Source of the DNA: a virus
Taxonomy: Duplodnaviria > Caudoviricetes
Reading direction: 5' to 3' (one strand)
Virus record (IMG/VR): IMGVR_UViG_3300027782_000083
Coordinates: 1-63,002 of that record
DNA length: 63,002 nucleotides
The notes under the pieces were generated by a model that searched no databases, was not told where the DNA came from, and worked only from the letters and a program-made list of their open reading frames with translations. The stretch's first letter is position 1; the number at the start of each line of letters is the position of its first letter. Positions 18,220-28,198 of the stretch are shown here, piece after piece. The position numbers and the translations under genes are program-made.

Positions 18220-20654
18220 TATCTTTTCCCTGTTTGAGGTTTAGTTAGTTGTTGCATCTTGGAAAGTTCTTGCATTCTCTTGATTTCGACTTCCATAGCG
18301 TCTTTTTCTGTTTTTGCCAGAAGCTGAGCGCCAGCAATACGTTCTTGAGAGGCAATTCTTTCTCTTTCTACTTCCAAGCGAGCAGCTGCTTCTGCTGCAT
18401 CGGCTTGGTCTTTCAATGCTTTGCGCTGTTCCTCGGCCTGTTTGAGTTCGAGTTCCTTCGCTTGCATTTGAATTACTGGGTCTTGGGCTGCTTGTTGCGC
18501 TTGTTGGGCAGCGATTTCGGTCTGATTTCGCTGTAGCAAGGCATTGGAAGCATCGACCGCCATTTGTGAGATCTGAACTTCCAAATCTCGTGGTATTGCT
18601 TCGTCTTCTTCGCCTGTTGGCAGAGGCATTCCCATCATTTCTTGCATTTGTTTCTTATATTCAAAGGCTAAATGCTGTTGAATATGAGCCATGGCAGCCG
18701 AGGCAATTGCTTGAGCCTGTGGGTTTTGACCCATTAAAGCGGCAATTTTAGGGTCTTTCATGGCATTCATATGGATGGTAATGTGTGCCTGATGGTCCTG
18801 ATACATAAACGCCTTCACAGGTTTCATGTTTAGGATGTTCATGTTCTCCGTAATAGGATCTTCAGGCATCTGGTCGTCTTCAATCTTGACCAATTTCTTA
18901 GCGTTCTTAATACCCAAGACTTCTAACATCTGGCGGTGCAGCTGTCCTAAGTCATAGAGCTGAGGAGCTTGTTGGGCTAATTGCAGGACGGCTTGGTACT
19001 GAACAACCTTCTGGCTCATGGTCGCTGCATTAGGATCGGATACTGGGATTACATCGCAGTTATCGTAGTCCGACTGCTTGGCAAATCGGTTGCCAATATC
19101 AGGTTGGTAGCTGTATTCGTCAGGGGTGTAGTCACGGATGATGTCTTTTAAGAGTTTAAGCTCCTGTTTCATTGAGTAATGAACACGGGCTTGGACTGCC
19201 GACATGACTTTAAGAGTGCGCTCTAGAATTGCCAGAGTCGTACCGACTGGGGTGTTGGCTGACATATCGGCAATCTTCATATCAGATGCCGAGGCAAAGC
19301 GTCTTCCTTCTTCTACGATATTACCCAGTAAGGTATATAAAACTTGGCTGGGTTCTTTGTATGGAAGTGGGAGGATGTTGTCTTTTAACGCCCCAGAAGG
19401 AACGTCAACGTCCCTAAACTCTCCTGGAGAAATTGGGGTGTCGTCTCCTTTGACTCGCATGCCACGGGTCTTAAAGCCACCTGGCAAGTTCGCGAGTGTT
19501 CCAGCATCCACGAGCTGCCGAATAAGACTAGTACCAGACTTAGCAAAAGCACCGACAAGGTGAATAAGCCCAAAACAATAAAAACCAAAGCCTGGAACAT
19601 ATCCATAATGGACGAAATGCTGACGTTTTTGCTTAGTTTCATCTTCGGGTCTCCAATTTCTACGGATCGCTAATACCTGTTGCGTTCCCTTTTCAATGGT
19701 AACAATGTAAGGAAGAGCGATTCCTGTGGGTTCTCCGTCTTCATCTTTGTCCTCAAACCCTTCAATATCTAGGTTAACTTGGATTTCAAGGATCTTATAG
19801 CGGTCATCCGAGGTAGCCTGAAAGCCCATTTTCTGGGCAATCTTCTTCTCTACCTCATCAAAGGCGGTGCTAGGAGTGCCTAGGTCTACGTCTTTATAAA
19901 ATCCTGCCACCTGAAGTTTGCGTAATTCATTCTCGGTCTTACGCATGACGTGGGTCACACGCTCTGCGGTCTGTAGATCAGATGCGCCATAGGGAACGAT
20001 CAAGTCTTCTGCGGGAACAAATAAGGACACTTGCCGATCTAAGGATGGATCAAAGTAGACTTTCTTAAAGGCATTACCTGAGAGTCCTAGTCCCCAGCAC
20101 ATTCTCTCGTGCTCTGGGCGGTATTCAGGCATTTCTTCGGTGATCTGATAGTTCATGTCCTTTTGAACACGATCAGCAGCTGCCATCTTCTCAGCGGTTT
20201 CTTTGCCGATAATCACAGTCTTTACGGGTCCCGCTGGAGGCAAGGTCTCCATCACGGTTTCGGCTTGGAACTTAACAAGGGCTTCGGAGAGTAGGGGGTG
20301 ATAGACACCACAAGCGCCTTCCCAAGGTTCGGTGCGCTCTTCGATCTTCATTCCCAAAAGCTCGATGCCGTCTGTATAGGTCTGCATCCATTCCTTACGG
20401 GCGCCAATGTCGGAGTCAACATCGCCTAATAAATCACCAGCGATTTCAGTTAATGTTCCGTCACTTAAGTATTCTGCAAGGTTAGCGTCAAAGTCTTCTG
20501 CGCTTTCCTCTTTAGGCTCAATATCAATCTCTAAGCCACCAATCCCAATCTTTACGGATTCTGGATCTTCGATCTCAATCTCAATCGGCTCTTGCATCGC
20601 AGCAGCTGCTTCAAGTCCTTGGGGTAATTCATAAAGTGCTTTTTCAATAGCCAT
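18219..20654 (-). CDS. Portal protein
   Basis: 811 aa following TerL; HPLLSEA, GNAFKKVY, Gln-rich coiled-coil C-terminus (P22-like). Confidence 0.8.
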   Translation of the reverse strand: MAIEKALYELPQGLEAAAAMQEPIEIEIEDPESVKIGIGGLEIDIEPKEESAEDFDANLAEYLSDGTLTEIAGDLLGDVDSDIGARKEWMQTYTDGIELLGMKIEERTEPWEGACGVYHPLLSEALVKFQAETVMETLPPAGPVKTVIIGKETAEKMAAADRVQKDMNYQITEEMPEYRPEHERMCWGLGLSGNAFKKVYFDPSLDRQVSLFVPAEDLIVPYGASDLQTAERVTHVMRKTENELRKLQVAGFYKDVDLGTPSTAFDEVEKKIAQKMGFQATSDDRYKILEIQVNLDIEGFEDKDEDGEPTGIALPYIVTIEKGTQQVLAIRRNWRPEDETKQKRQHFVHYGYVPGFGFYCFGLIHLVGAFAKSGTSLIRQLVDAGTLANLPGGFKTRGMRVKGDDTPISPGEFRDVDVPSGALKDNILPLPYKEPSQVLYTLLGNIVEEGRRFASASDMKIADMSANTPVGTTLAILERTLKVMSAVQARVHYSMKQELKLLKDIIRDYTPDEYSYQPDIGNRFAKQSDYDNCDVIPVSDPNAATMSQKVVQYQAVLQLAQQAPQLYDLGQLHRQMLEVLGIKNAKKLVKIEDDQMPEDPITENMNILNMKPVKAFMYQDHQAHITIHMNAMKDPKIAALMGQNPQAQAIASAAMAHIQQHLAFEYKKQMQEMMGMPLPTGEEDEAIPRDLEVQISQMAVDASNALLQRNQTEIAAQQAQQAAQDPVIQMQAKELELKQAEEQRKALKDQADAAEAAARLEVERERIASQERIAGAQLLAKTEKDAMEVEIKRMQELSKMQQLTKPQTGKR

Positions 20655-20662
20655 ATCGTTCC

Positions 20663-22168
20663 TTAGTAATAACTGACTGCTCGTTTAGACTTGAAGTACT
20701 TAATATCGTCTTCCTCGTCTGTTTGTAATCTGATAAACCCGCCTTTTCTAAAACGTAAAAGGGCCTGTGTGCTTGAGTCCACCAAGTCATCGTGGTCGGA
20801 ATTTGGGAAAGCAGCCAATTCTTCAATAACCTCTTCTGCCCAACGCTTCCTTGGAGCCCATACTTTTCCTGATGCAAACATGTCTGCTACAGAGTTTACA
20901 CGGGAGATCTTGTCATTACCACGGGTTGGTGTAAATTCTTGTACTGGTATACCCATGGATCTTAGCTCAAATATAAGTGGCGCACCAGAGGCCTTGGCCT
21001 CAACGATAAACGCATCGGGTTCCCATTCTTTATACATTTCCATCGCGCGGATCTTTAATTCAGGGAACTCTAACCGTTCTTTTAGGGCGTCTAACAGAAT
21101 AATATTCGCGTCACTAGGATCTTCGTTTTTATAAAAAACCCCCCAGGTGGTGCATGCCGAGTAGTCTGAACGTTCGTTTTTAGTAAAGGCGGTATCCCAA
21201 GACTGAATAACAAAGTCACATGGAGGAGGTCTTTCACCTTCCCAGACTTGCCACCATTCTCGTTTGACTAGGGCGCCCTGTTCAGATGTTGGATCTTGTT
21301 GGTACTGAGCCTGCCATTTGGAAAGAGGCAATTCATCGCGCAGTTTAGTTAATTCATCTAGACTCCAGAACTCAGGCCATAAAGGTCTGCCATTTGGAAG
21401 AATCGCTGGAAGACTAATAATGTCCCAGACATCTCCATCTCTATCTATAATGGATTGGCAGATCTTTCCTGTAAGGTCTTTTTTTGCCCAGCGGGTCATA
21501 ACCACGACAATCGAGCCACCAGGTTGGAGACGCTGACGCGGTCCAGAGGTGTACCATTCAAAGATTTTGTCAAAGACTGTTGGGTCGGATGCGGCTAAAG
21601 CAGCCTCTTGTTCTGAGTGGGGATCGTCAATAATGAGTAGATCCGCGCCTTTACCTGTTACCGTACCACCGACACCAATCGCGAAGTAGTCTCCGTTTTC
21701 GTTGGTGGCCCAGCGTCCTGCAGCTTTGGAGTCTGATCGCAACGAGACATTGGGGAATATCTTGGAATAGGTTTCCGAGGCTACTAAGTTCCTAACCTTC
21801 CTTCCGAATCCTACGGCTAGTTCGGCTGTGTTAGAACATTGGATAATCTTCTTATGAGGAAATTTCCCAAGATACCAGGCGGGCAGAAGGTAGCTGGCAA
21901 ACTCTGACTTAGTATGACGGGGAGGCATATTAATAATAAGGCGTCTAGATTTTCCATTGGCGATGTCCTCAAATTTTTGCGCCATCAGCGCGTGATGTCT
22001 GCCGTAAATAAACCCAGGCCAGACGGATTGAACAAAGGATAAAAAGTCGATTTGCCCGACCTCTCGCTCTTGGGCAACATTTAAAGACTCCGTCAACGGA
22101 AGGAACGGCTTTTGCTCTTCCTCTGGCAAAAGACTAATCAACTCTAATAGGATTTCATCGTTGGTCAT
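20663..22168 (-). CDS. terL: Terminase large subunit
   Basis: NMPPRHTKS Walker A, LLIIDDPH Walker B, QSWDTA, HDDLVDS nuclease. Confidence 0.92.
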   Translation of the reverse strand: MTNDEILLELISLLPEEEQKPFLPLTESLNVAQEREVGQIDFLSFVQSVWPGFIYGRHHALMAQKFEDIANGKSRRLIINMPPRHTKSEFASYLLPAWYLGKFPHKKIIQCSNTAELAVGFGRKVRNLVASETYSKIFPNVSLRSDSKAAGRWATNENGDYFAIGVGGTVTGKGADLLIIDDPHSEQEAALAASDPTVFDKIFEWYTSGPRQRLQPGGSIVVVMTRWAKKDLTGKICQSIIDRDGDVWDIISLPAILPNGRPLWPEFWSLDELTKLRDELPLSKWQAQYQQDPTSEQGALVKREWWQVWEGERPPPCDFVIQSWDTAFTKNERSDYSACTTWGVFYKNEDPSDANIILLDALKERLEFPELKIRAMEMYKEWEPDAFIVEAKASGAPLIFELRSMGIPVQEFTPTRGNDKISRVNSVADMFASGKVWAPRKRWAEEVIEELAAFPNSDHDDLVDSSTQALLRFRKGGFIRLQTDEEDDIKYFKSKRAVSYY

Positions 22169-22386
22169 AGATCCCTTAAGCGTATATACGAAGGCCGTAT
22201 ACTCCTAGCCTTTCCCGCCACCCCTTTACATACCCCAATTTCTATAAGGGCGCGCATCTTCCGCGCTACATTTCCACGGCCTTTTTCACCCGTAAGTCTC
22301 ATTACATCATCAATAGTCGGCCCGTATCCGAAGTTCTTCCAGTACTCATCAATAATCAAGAACGTCTCTTTTTGGGCGGGGGTCAT
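22165..22386 (-). CDS. LexA-like winged-helix DNA-binding protein (no protease domain)
   Basis: MTPAQKE...GYGPTIDDV...LIEIG...GKARSIR. Confidence 0.7.
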   Translation of the reverse strand: MTPAQKETFLIIDEYWKNFGYGPTIDDVMRLTGEKGRGNVARKMRALIEIGVCKGVAGKARSIRPSYIRLRDL

Positions 22387-22541
22387 TGTTTCATCTTCTC
22401 AATTGCTTTTTCAGCCAGTATCTTAGAGCTCGCCTCGATACCTTCTAAGGCACAAACCGTTAACTTCTTCTCCAGAATCAGGATGTTTAATAAATTAGAC
22501 ACCCTGGCAATATCCTTCTGTATCTCATATATCGATCTCAT
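22383..22541 (-). CDS. Hypothetical protein
   Basis: Not in the ORF track; MRSIYEIQ...KMKQ, ATGA-coupled at both ends. Confidence 0.45.
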   Translation of the reverse strand: MRSIYEIQKDIARVSNLLNILILEKKLTVCALEGIEASSKILAEKAIEKMKQ

Positions 22542-22702
22542 TTGCCCTCCTGTTTTATCCAGCGGGGATCATTTTTCATAATTATTGAGTCATGTAGGTG
22601 GGTCAGCTCTTTTATCACTGTCCTCATTTCCATTACCGTTAACTGACTAGCCAGAATCATTACTTTTTCAACTCTCTCTTTACGGATATCCCCGCCAAAC
22701 AT
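22538..22702 (-). CDS. Hypothetical protein
   Basis: Start MFGGDIRK (TAATG overlap). Confidence 0.45.
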   Translation of the reverse strand: MFGGDIRKERVEKVMILASQLTVMEMRTVIKELTHLHDSIIMKNDPRWIKQEGK

Positions 22703-22944
22703 TACAGATCCATTTTCTGGAGGAAGAAAGGCGTTGACTCCCCTACCCACGCGCCCGCAATATTAAACTCAAAGTACTCAACAGCTTCCTCATACGTCAT
22801 ACCATCTCTTTCAATTAGGATATCAATCACTTTATCCTGGTCATAACAGATAGCCTGTATTCCCATTCTCTGTACCACTCCAAGGATAGCCTCGTCAAAA
22901 CCGTCAGCCTTCAGTAAGTCTGGATACTCTTCACTTATCTTCAT
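22702..22944 (-). CDS. Hypothetical phage protein
   Basis: ADGFDEAILG...EAVEYFEFNIAGAWVG. Confidence 0.55.
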   Translation of the reverse strand: MKISEEYPDLLKADGFDEAILGVVQRMGIQAICYDQDKVIDILIERDGMTYEEAVEYFEFNIAGAWVGESTPFFLQKMDL

Positions 22945-23135
22945 TAGTTCAACATCCCTGTTCGTTTTAAATAATCTATCTGATCTTGCGTCCGTTGTAT
23001 CTCAGCAATGAACTCATACTCAGCCAGCTCATGAGCGAACTCAATCGCGTTGATCTCTTCATTACTCAATTCTTTAGTGTCTAGCATATTCCTAAGAACA
23101 GCCATATAACTTTTGATGATTTCAATCATTTCCAA
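22944..23135 (-). CDS. Hypothetical protein
   Basis: Coupled ORF. Confidence 0.4.
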   Translation of the reverse strand: MEMIEIIKSYMAVLRNMLDTKELSNEEINAIEFAHELAEYEFIAEIQRTQDQIDYLKRTGMLN

Positions 23136-23155
23136 AATATACCCCCCTACCCTTT

Positions 23156-24106
23156 TTAATTTGAATTACTAAGGGGGGGTGTTTCACGTGGAACATCTTG
23201 TGATTCCTGTCCTGAATTTATAACCCCCTCCCCCACCTCGTTACCTTGTAACTCGTCAGGGTTATTACCTATGGACGCGCAAGTACTTGATTCAGAAGGA
23301 GTTGTCACTATAACAGCTGTTATAGTGAGGTCGTCTAACAGTGATTGAGCTGCTTTGGAGTCGGATTGTTTGAGTGGAATACTATGCAAACCATCACCAC
23401 CCGAATTGGTCGATTTTTGGGGGTCGGGGTCTGGTGGGGTCGCGCTTTCTGGGATTTCGGAAGGGTCTAGGGTCGCGCTATATTCTTCGTTATCGTCTGC
23501 GCTATCATCATTAATCGATGGGCGCGCCTCGGATAACTCTATTAATAGGCTTTCGGCCTTCCTTTTGGCTAGATCATTGATAGATCGGGAATTAGAAAAC
23601 GCTTGACGTAACCCTTCGATTAGTTTCCCTTTTATGTCTGCGCTTGAATGTAAGTGGAGATGGGTTTTAGTTTCATTGAATAAACTAACCTCGCTCATCT
23701 TGCCTATTAACTCTAAGGCCTTTAGCTTGTTACTAGTCTTTTCCCCTTCATTTACTGCAATACTTACTAGATTTTGTATAGCCATTGTTCTTATTTGAGC
23801 GGGAATAAGATATTCCCTAGCCTGATTAGCTAGGGTAAAGGCCTCTATCATTGTCGCGATCTTGGGGTTTTTTGCTAATCTATTAGCTTGCTCGGCCTGA
23901 GATTGTGGCTTAGCGTGTGAGTCGTAGGCCTCTCGATATGCCTTGGCCTTAGGTTTTCCCTCTGCAACTTTCCGCGCGAATTCCTTTTGTTTTTTGGTTA
24001 AATTGATCTTATCGGCATTGTGAACCCCTACTAAAATATTTTCTATTGGCGATTGTTTCAGGCCTTCAGTAATCTGCTTACGCGATAGCTTAATGGGTTT
24101 AGTCAT
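23156..24106 (-). CDS. Terminase small subunit (putative)
   Basis: LTKKQKEFA...AYREAY...ANRL.NPKI HTH; LKALELIGK. Confidence 0.7.
   Translation of the reverse strand: MTKPIKLSRKQITEGLKQSPIENILVGVHNADKINLTKKQKEFARKVAEGKPKAKAYREAYDSHAKPQSQAEQANRLAKNPKIATMIEAFTLANQAREYLIPAQIRTMAIQNLVSIAVNEGEKTSNKLKALELIGKMSEVSLFNETKTHLHLHSSADIKGKLIEGLRQAFSNSRSINDLAKRKAESLLIELSEARPSINDDSADDNEEYSATLDPSEIPESATPPDPDPQKSTNSGGDGLHSIPLKQSDSKAAQSLLDDLTITAVIVTTPSESSTCASIGNNPDELQGNEVGEGVINSGQESQDVPRETPPLSNSN
23180..23195. promoter_or_regulatory. parS-consensus palindrome
   Basis: TGTTTCACGTGGAACA; reverse complement TGTTCCACGTGAAACA matches TGTTNCACGTGAAACA. Confidence 0.7.
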
Positions 24107-24330
24107 ATGGGTATTTTATGGGTATTGGCTAAATTGGAGTATAGGATAATTTAGGATAGATGGTAAGTACTCTATTTATCTCTATGTTATTCCCTTGTAG
24201 GGTTTGATCCCTTGGACTGTTTCCCTTCGGGATTAGCCCGCGCGATATCCCCGCGATTAGGTCGTAAACCCTCACAATCTAAGGGTAAACCATTAAGGGA
24301 AAGCGATAATAAAATAATTCATTAAAACTA

Positions 24331-24358
24331 TTGACAAGCAAGTATATAAGCCTAAAAT
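24331..24358 (+). promoter_or_regulatory. Early sigma70 promoter
   Basis: TTGACA-N16-TAAAAT with AT-rich upstream sequence. Confidence 0.65.
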
Positions 24359-24437
24359 TATGCTCATATAGTAGGTGATTTATTGAGTTTATACCTACTA
24401 TATTATTGACCGCAAACCCTTATAGATAAAGGATTAT

Positions 24438-24605
24438 ATGACCAATATAGATACATCAATAGCATTATTAGGTTTTATTCATTTACTTAGCTCTATCATT
24501 TTGGCCTTAATTGGCTCTGATAGCGTGCTAGTGATCTCTCAATTCGTTATAGGTATTTTTGAGCTTTTTCTAGCTATTTACTTTTATCAAGAAAACCGCG
24601 CATAG
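24438..24605 (+). CDS. Small membrane protein
   Basis: Not in the ORF track; SD AAGGA; 55 aa hydrophobic. Confidence 0.5.
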   Translation: MTNIDTSIALLGFIHLLSSIILALIGSDSVLVISQFVIGIFELFLAIYFYQENRA

Positions 24606-24685
24606 AGCCACCTTTAAACCCTTTTAGAGGGTTTAGGGATTGCCTCTAGGTAATCATTTAATCAACTGCTATGGAGATTTAAAAA

Positions 24686-24844
24686 ATGACTAGAAAAGAG
24701 TACTTAACAGGCCTTGCCGAAGATTACGGGATTGCCCGCTCAGAAGTTTTCATGCTCGCTGATTTACTAGGTGAGAACGAAGATTATGACGGGCTTTTAT
24801 CTATGTTGGCCGACTATTCCGACAGTTTAGATTTTGACGAGTGA
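24686..24844 (+). CDS. Early hypothetical protein
   Basis: Not in the ORF track; MTRKEYL...LLGENEDYDGL; SD GGAG. Confidence 0.55.
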   Translation: MTRKEYLTGLAEDYGIARSEVFMLADLLGENEDYDGLLSMLADYSDSLDFDE

Positions 24845-24879
24845 AAGGGAAAAGGCCTAGAAATAGGCCTTACTTAAAA

Positions 24880-25062
24880 ATGAATACGAATGCAATTGTA
24901 GAAATTAGGGAAGTGTACGGGAATAAAACAATTTATCCCGTAAATGATACCGCGTTATATCTTGCCAGAATAGCGGGCACTAAGACGATAACCGAGCCAA
25001 CAATTAAAAACGCTAAGGCCTTAGGCTTTACTTTCGAAGTAAAACAAACCGCAACCATATAA
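24880..25062 (+). CDS. Early hypothetical protein
   Basis: Start MNTNAIV; VYGNKTIYPVN...IAGTKT. Confidence 0.55.
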   Translation: MNTNAIVEIREVYGNKTIYPVNDTALYLARIAGTKTITEPTIKNAKALGFTFEVKQTATI

Positions 25063-25187
25063 GGGGGTTTTATGTTTCCTAAACTTGATTTTCTATTTAA
25101 TGTCGCGCTTTACGCTTGCCTTGCCTATATTGGCCTAGTGGTCGCGAACGCTCTATTTCACTTTATTAACACTCTTTTGGGGTAATC

Positions 25188-25664
25188 ATGGAAAACAACG
25201 ATATAGCCACAATCATTCAAAAATCGGGGTTTGCCTCGCTTTATAGCAATAAATCGAGCTATGCCAAACCGAATGCACAGGAAAATTTAGAAGGTAGATC
25301 GTATTTTGCAACCGATAGCACTTTGAAATATTTTGGCGCGCGTATCAATAGCGCACACCATACCGCGAGCGGGTTATTGTTTTTTATTGTTGAAAGTAGT
25401 TTTTTGGACATGAATAAGACTAAACGCGGGTTTAGGTTTCACTTATTCGACATTTTCGGGCAAGAGATCGGAAAGCAAGAGCTAAGCGATGCAGTAAAAA
25501 CAAGCGAGCAAGCCAGAAAAGCGGGATATCGCTTTTTAGATCAATTTGATTTAACCGCGCACTATGCCAAAAAATTGGAGAGCATAGCCAGAAAAGCCGA
25601 TAAACAAGCGCAAGAGGCGCGCGCAATATGCGCTCAATTAACAGAAAGCGAGGCAATAGCATGA
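25188..25664 (+). CDS. Early hypothetical protein
   Basis: 158-aa ORF, TLKYFGARI. Confidence 0.6.
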   Translation: MENNDIATIIQKSGFASLYSNKSSYAKPNAQENLEGRSYFATDSTLKYFGARINSAHHTASGLLFFIVESSFLDMNKTKRGFRFHLFDIFGQEIGKQELSDAVKTSEQARKAGYRFLDQFDLTAHYAKKLESIARKADKQAQEARAICAQLTESEAIA

Positions 25665-25885
25665 GATTAAACCCTATACAAGCGAACATGATAGAAATAA
25701 CCCTACACAACGGGAAAAAGGTCTTATTTAGCTATTGCACACCTGTTGCAACATGGGAAGAAGGCCAATTTTTTAAAACTGAAAAGAAATGGAGTAACAC
25801 CACAACCCGCCACATTAATAAGTGGGCGCATTGTGCAATCACTAAACCACAAGCCTATTTTGACAATTTAGAGGGAATAGCATGA
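25661..25885 (+). CDS. Early hypothetical protein
   Basis: VLFSYCTPVA...WSNTTTRHINKW; ATGA-coupled. Confidence 0.6.
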   Translation: MRLNPIQANMIEITLHNGKKVLFSYCTPVATWEEGQFFKTEKKWSNTTTRHINKWAHCAITKPQAYFDNLEGIA

Positions 25886-26288
25886 AACCACGATCTACGG
25901 AATTTTATTCAGATGCCTACGCTTATGCAGTAGGTTATAGAGATGGGCGCAATTATTCCGCTTGTGAATTTCCCGATGTTTACCTATTTTCAGATCACCA
26001 CCAAAAATTATATTGTGATGGGTGCGAACAAGGAAAACGGGATTATGAGCGATACGACCACCACAACGCAACCCCCGCATATGCGCCAATACAGAGCGGG
26101 GTAATTGTATGACCTATTACCTATATCGCAATACAACCAATAAAAGCGAGGTTATAGCTCAATTTCCCGATAGGGATAGCGCGCTAGAACTAATGGAAAA
26201 ATTAGCCATGAACGAGAGCAACCCGATTGTATCGGGCTATTCTGTGCGCGATCATTCCCTAGCTATTTATGCCGATTTTGAAATTTAA
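25882..26288 (+). CDS. Two small early genes (25882-26112, 26109-26288)
   Basis: ATGA-coupled ORFs. Confidence 0.5.
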
Positions 26289-26310
26289 CCACTAAGCACG
26301 AGGCCACAAA

Positions 26311-27282
26311 ATGACACTATCTTACGGGGTTTATCTAGGCGATAAGTTATTACGGGCTTTTGCCTATGACACTCGCATAGCGGGAGATAAAGAGCGCGCT
26401 CTAAGACTCGCTAAGCGATTAGTAAACGATAACAAAATTTTTGAATGCGATTGCACCATTGAGCATTTTGGCTTAGGTGGTGTAGGAACTACTGTAAACC
26501 ACTAAACACGAGGCCAATAATGGAATTTAGATATATAGACCGCCAAGGGATAGCCCTAGATGATTACGGGCATGAAGTTAAAGATGAAAACGGGCAAATA
26601 ATCATAGTCCCGCCTAGTGAGCGCGGGTTTTACGATATTGCTTATAGACCAGATGAGCAACCAGAAGATTAACCACTAAGCACGAGGCCAAAAATGAAAA
26701 TTAACAAACTATTAGCAGTATTGGAAAACCTAAACCCTGATTTTGATTTGACAGTCTGGGCTAATGGCGAGCGCTATTCATTAGATGGAATAGATACTAG
26801 TTTTTTTGAGCAAGGGTTTATTGAATTAACCGCGTATATGGATAAGCGGGAAACCGCTTACAGAAATGCAGTATTGAACATTCAACACGAGGCCACAAAA
26901 TGATCTATTTTTGTTTAAGTAATGAAGGTGATCTCTATAACTTAGGGGATCATGGGGATTTTGAAAGCGCAGATTGTTGCGCTCAGGATATGCAACTGCA
27001 CCCGATTTGGGTAATAAACGAGCATACCGCTAGAAATTGGTCAGAATTTTTAACCGAACAATTAGCTAACACAATTAGCACCGAACACGAGGCCACAGAA
27101 TGAAAAAAATATACATAGCCAAAGGCTACAACTCATGGACAAATAATCAAATATGGCAAGCATTTAACACCAAGAACGAGGCTGATTCCTTTATTCAAGG
27201 TCTTACTGATCCGCATATTGTCATTATGGCTTATAAGACCACGACTCAATTAGTAAATACTTTATTAAGAGGCCAATTATGA
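26311..27282 (+). CDS. Five small early genes (26311-26505, 26520-26672, 26694-26903, 26900-27103, 27100-27282)
   Basis: Each ATG is the end of a junction repeat containing GAGG. Confidence 0.6.
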
Positions 27283-27767
27283 GAATAGTAGAAGAAAAGA
27301 TTTACCTATTTGAAGAACTTGAAGATATCGCAAAGGAAAGCGCGCGCGATTGGTGGAGAAATTTTGCAGACTATCCATTCCATGATGACAACATTAAAAG
27401 CATAAAAGCATTTTGTGGTCATTTTGGAATTACTTTAAAAGATTGGGCGATATACGGGCGCGGGGAACACTTAACAACCAACGCAGAGAATTGCCATTTC
27501 AGAGGATTTACTCTTGCAAAGGCTAAGGAATTAGCAGACAAAGGCTATTTTCCAGAATCAGGCCTATGGTTAGATGGAACAATGATCCATTCCTTTTATG
27601 AAGATTTTAAGAAAACAGGCGATGCGCTTTACGCATTTCAGCAAGCATTAGAGAGCGCGCTATATGCAATTACACAAGATATTGATTATCAGTATTCAAA
27701 CGAGGCAGTAGATGAAATGCTGATTATCAATGAGTACGAGTTTACCGAAAATGGTAAGCGATATTAA
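27279..27767 (+). CDS. Hypothetical phage protein
   Basis: YLFEELEDIAKESARDW...SNEAVDEMLIINEYEFTENG. Confidence 0.6.
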   Translation: MRIVEEKIYLFEELEDIAKESARDWWRNFADYPFHDDNIKSIKAFCGHFGITLKDWAIYGRGEHLTTNAENCHFRGFTLAKAKELADKGYFPESGLWLDGTMIHSFYEDFKKTGDALYAFQQALESALYAITQDIDYQYSNEAVDEMLIINEYEFTENGKRY

Positions 27768-27788
27768 CCACTTAATACGAGGCTAAAA

Positions 27789-28198
27789 ATGAGAATTTAT
27801 TATTTTTGCGACATATTTCAGCAAGATAGAGTCCTATACGCAAGCAAGAATTTTGCTAAGGATAAGGATTTTTTTAGAGGCTATCTTGATCGACTAGGGG
27901 ATCGTTTGCAATTGATCCAATTAGACGATGGAGAAAGTTGGAATTTTAATAACCACTAAGCGCGAGGCTAAAAATGAAGATTAAAGATCCTGTATTGATA
28001 TCAAAAACTATAAGCGCTCTTTATAGCGTTGATGTAGATGGTACAAAAATTGAAGTTACTTATTGGTACAACATGGATGATGAAGGTAAAGGCGGATGGG
28101 ATTATGACCTAGAACCCTTGTATGAAGGCCTAAGTGATGAAGAAATTAACGAACTTGAAGATGAATTTTCTTCTGTTATTAGTGATATAGGTGCATGA
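27789..28198 (+). CDS. Two small early genes (27789-27959, 27974-28198)
   Basis: Starts lie inside junction repeats. Confidence 0.55.

Larger units (their letters stand above)
26286..27976 (+). repeat. Dispersed gene-junction repeat, consensus TAACCACTAAGCACGAGGCYAAAAATG
   Basis: Copies at 26286, 26496, 26670, ~26879, 27076, 27765, 27950; intragenic copies near 27164 and 30770. Confidence 0.85.

Noticed and set aside
24107-24330. Packaging (pac) site or origin upstream of terS
   Set aside because: Plausible by position, but no diagnostic repeats are visible; read-end data would be needed.
26286-27976. CRISPR array
   Set aside because: Repeats are degenerate and separated by 150-500 nt protein-coding genes; the only Cas-like fold is a typical phage exonuclease.
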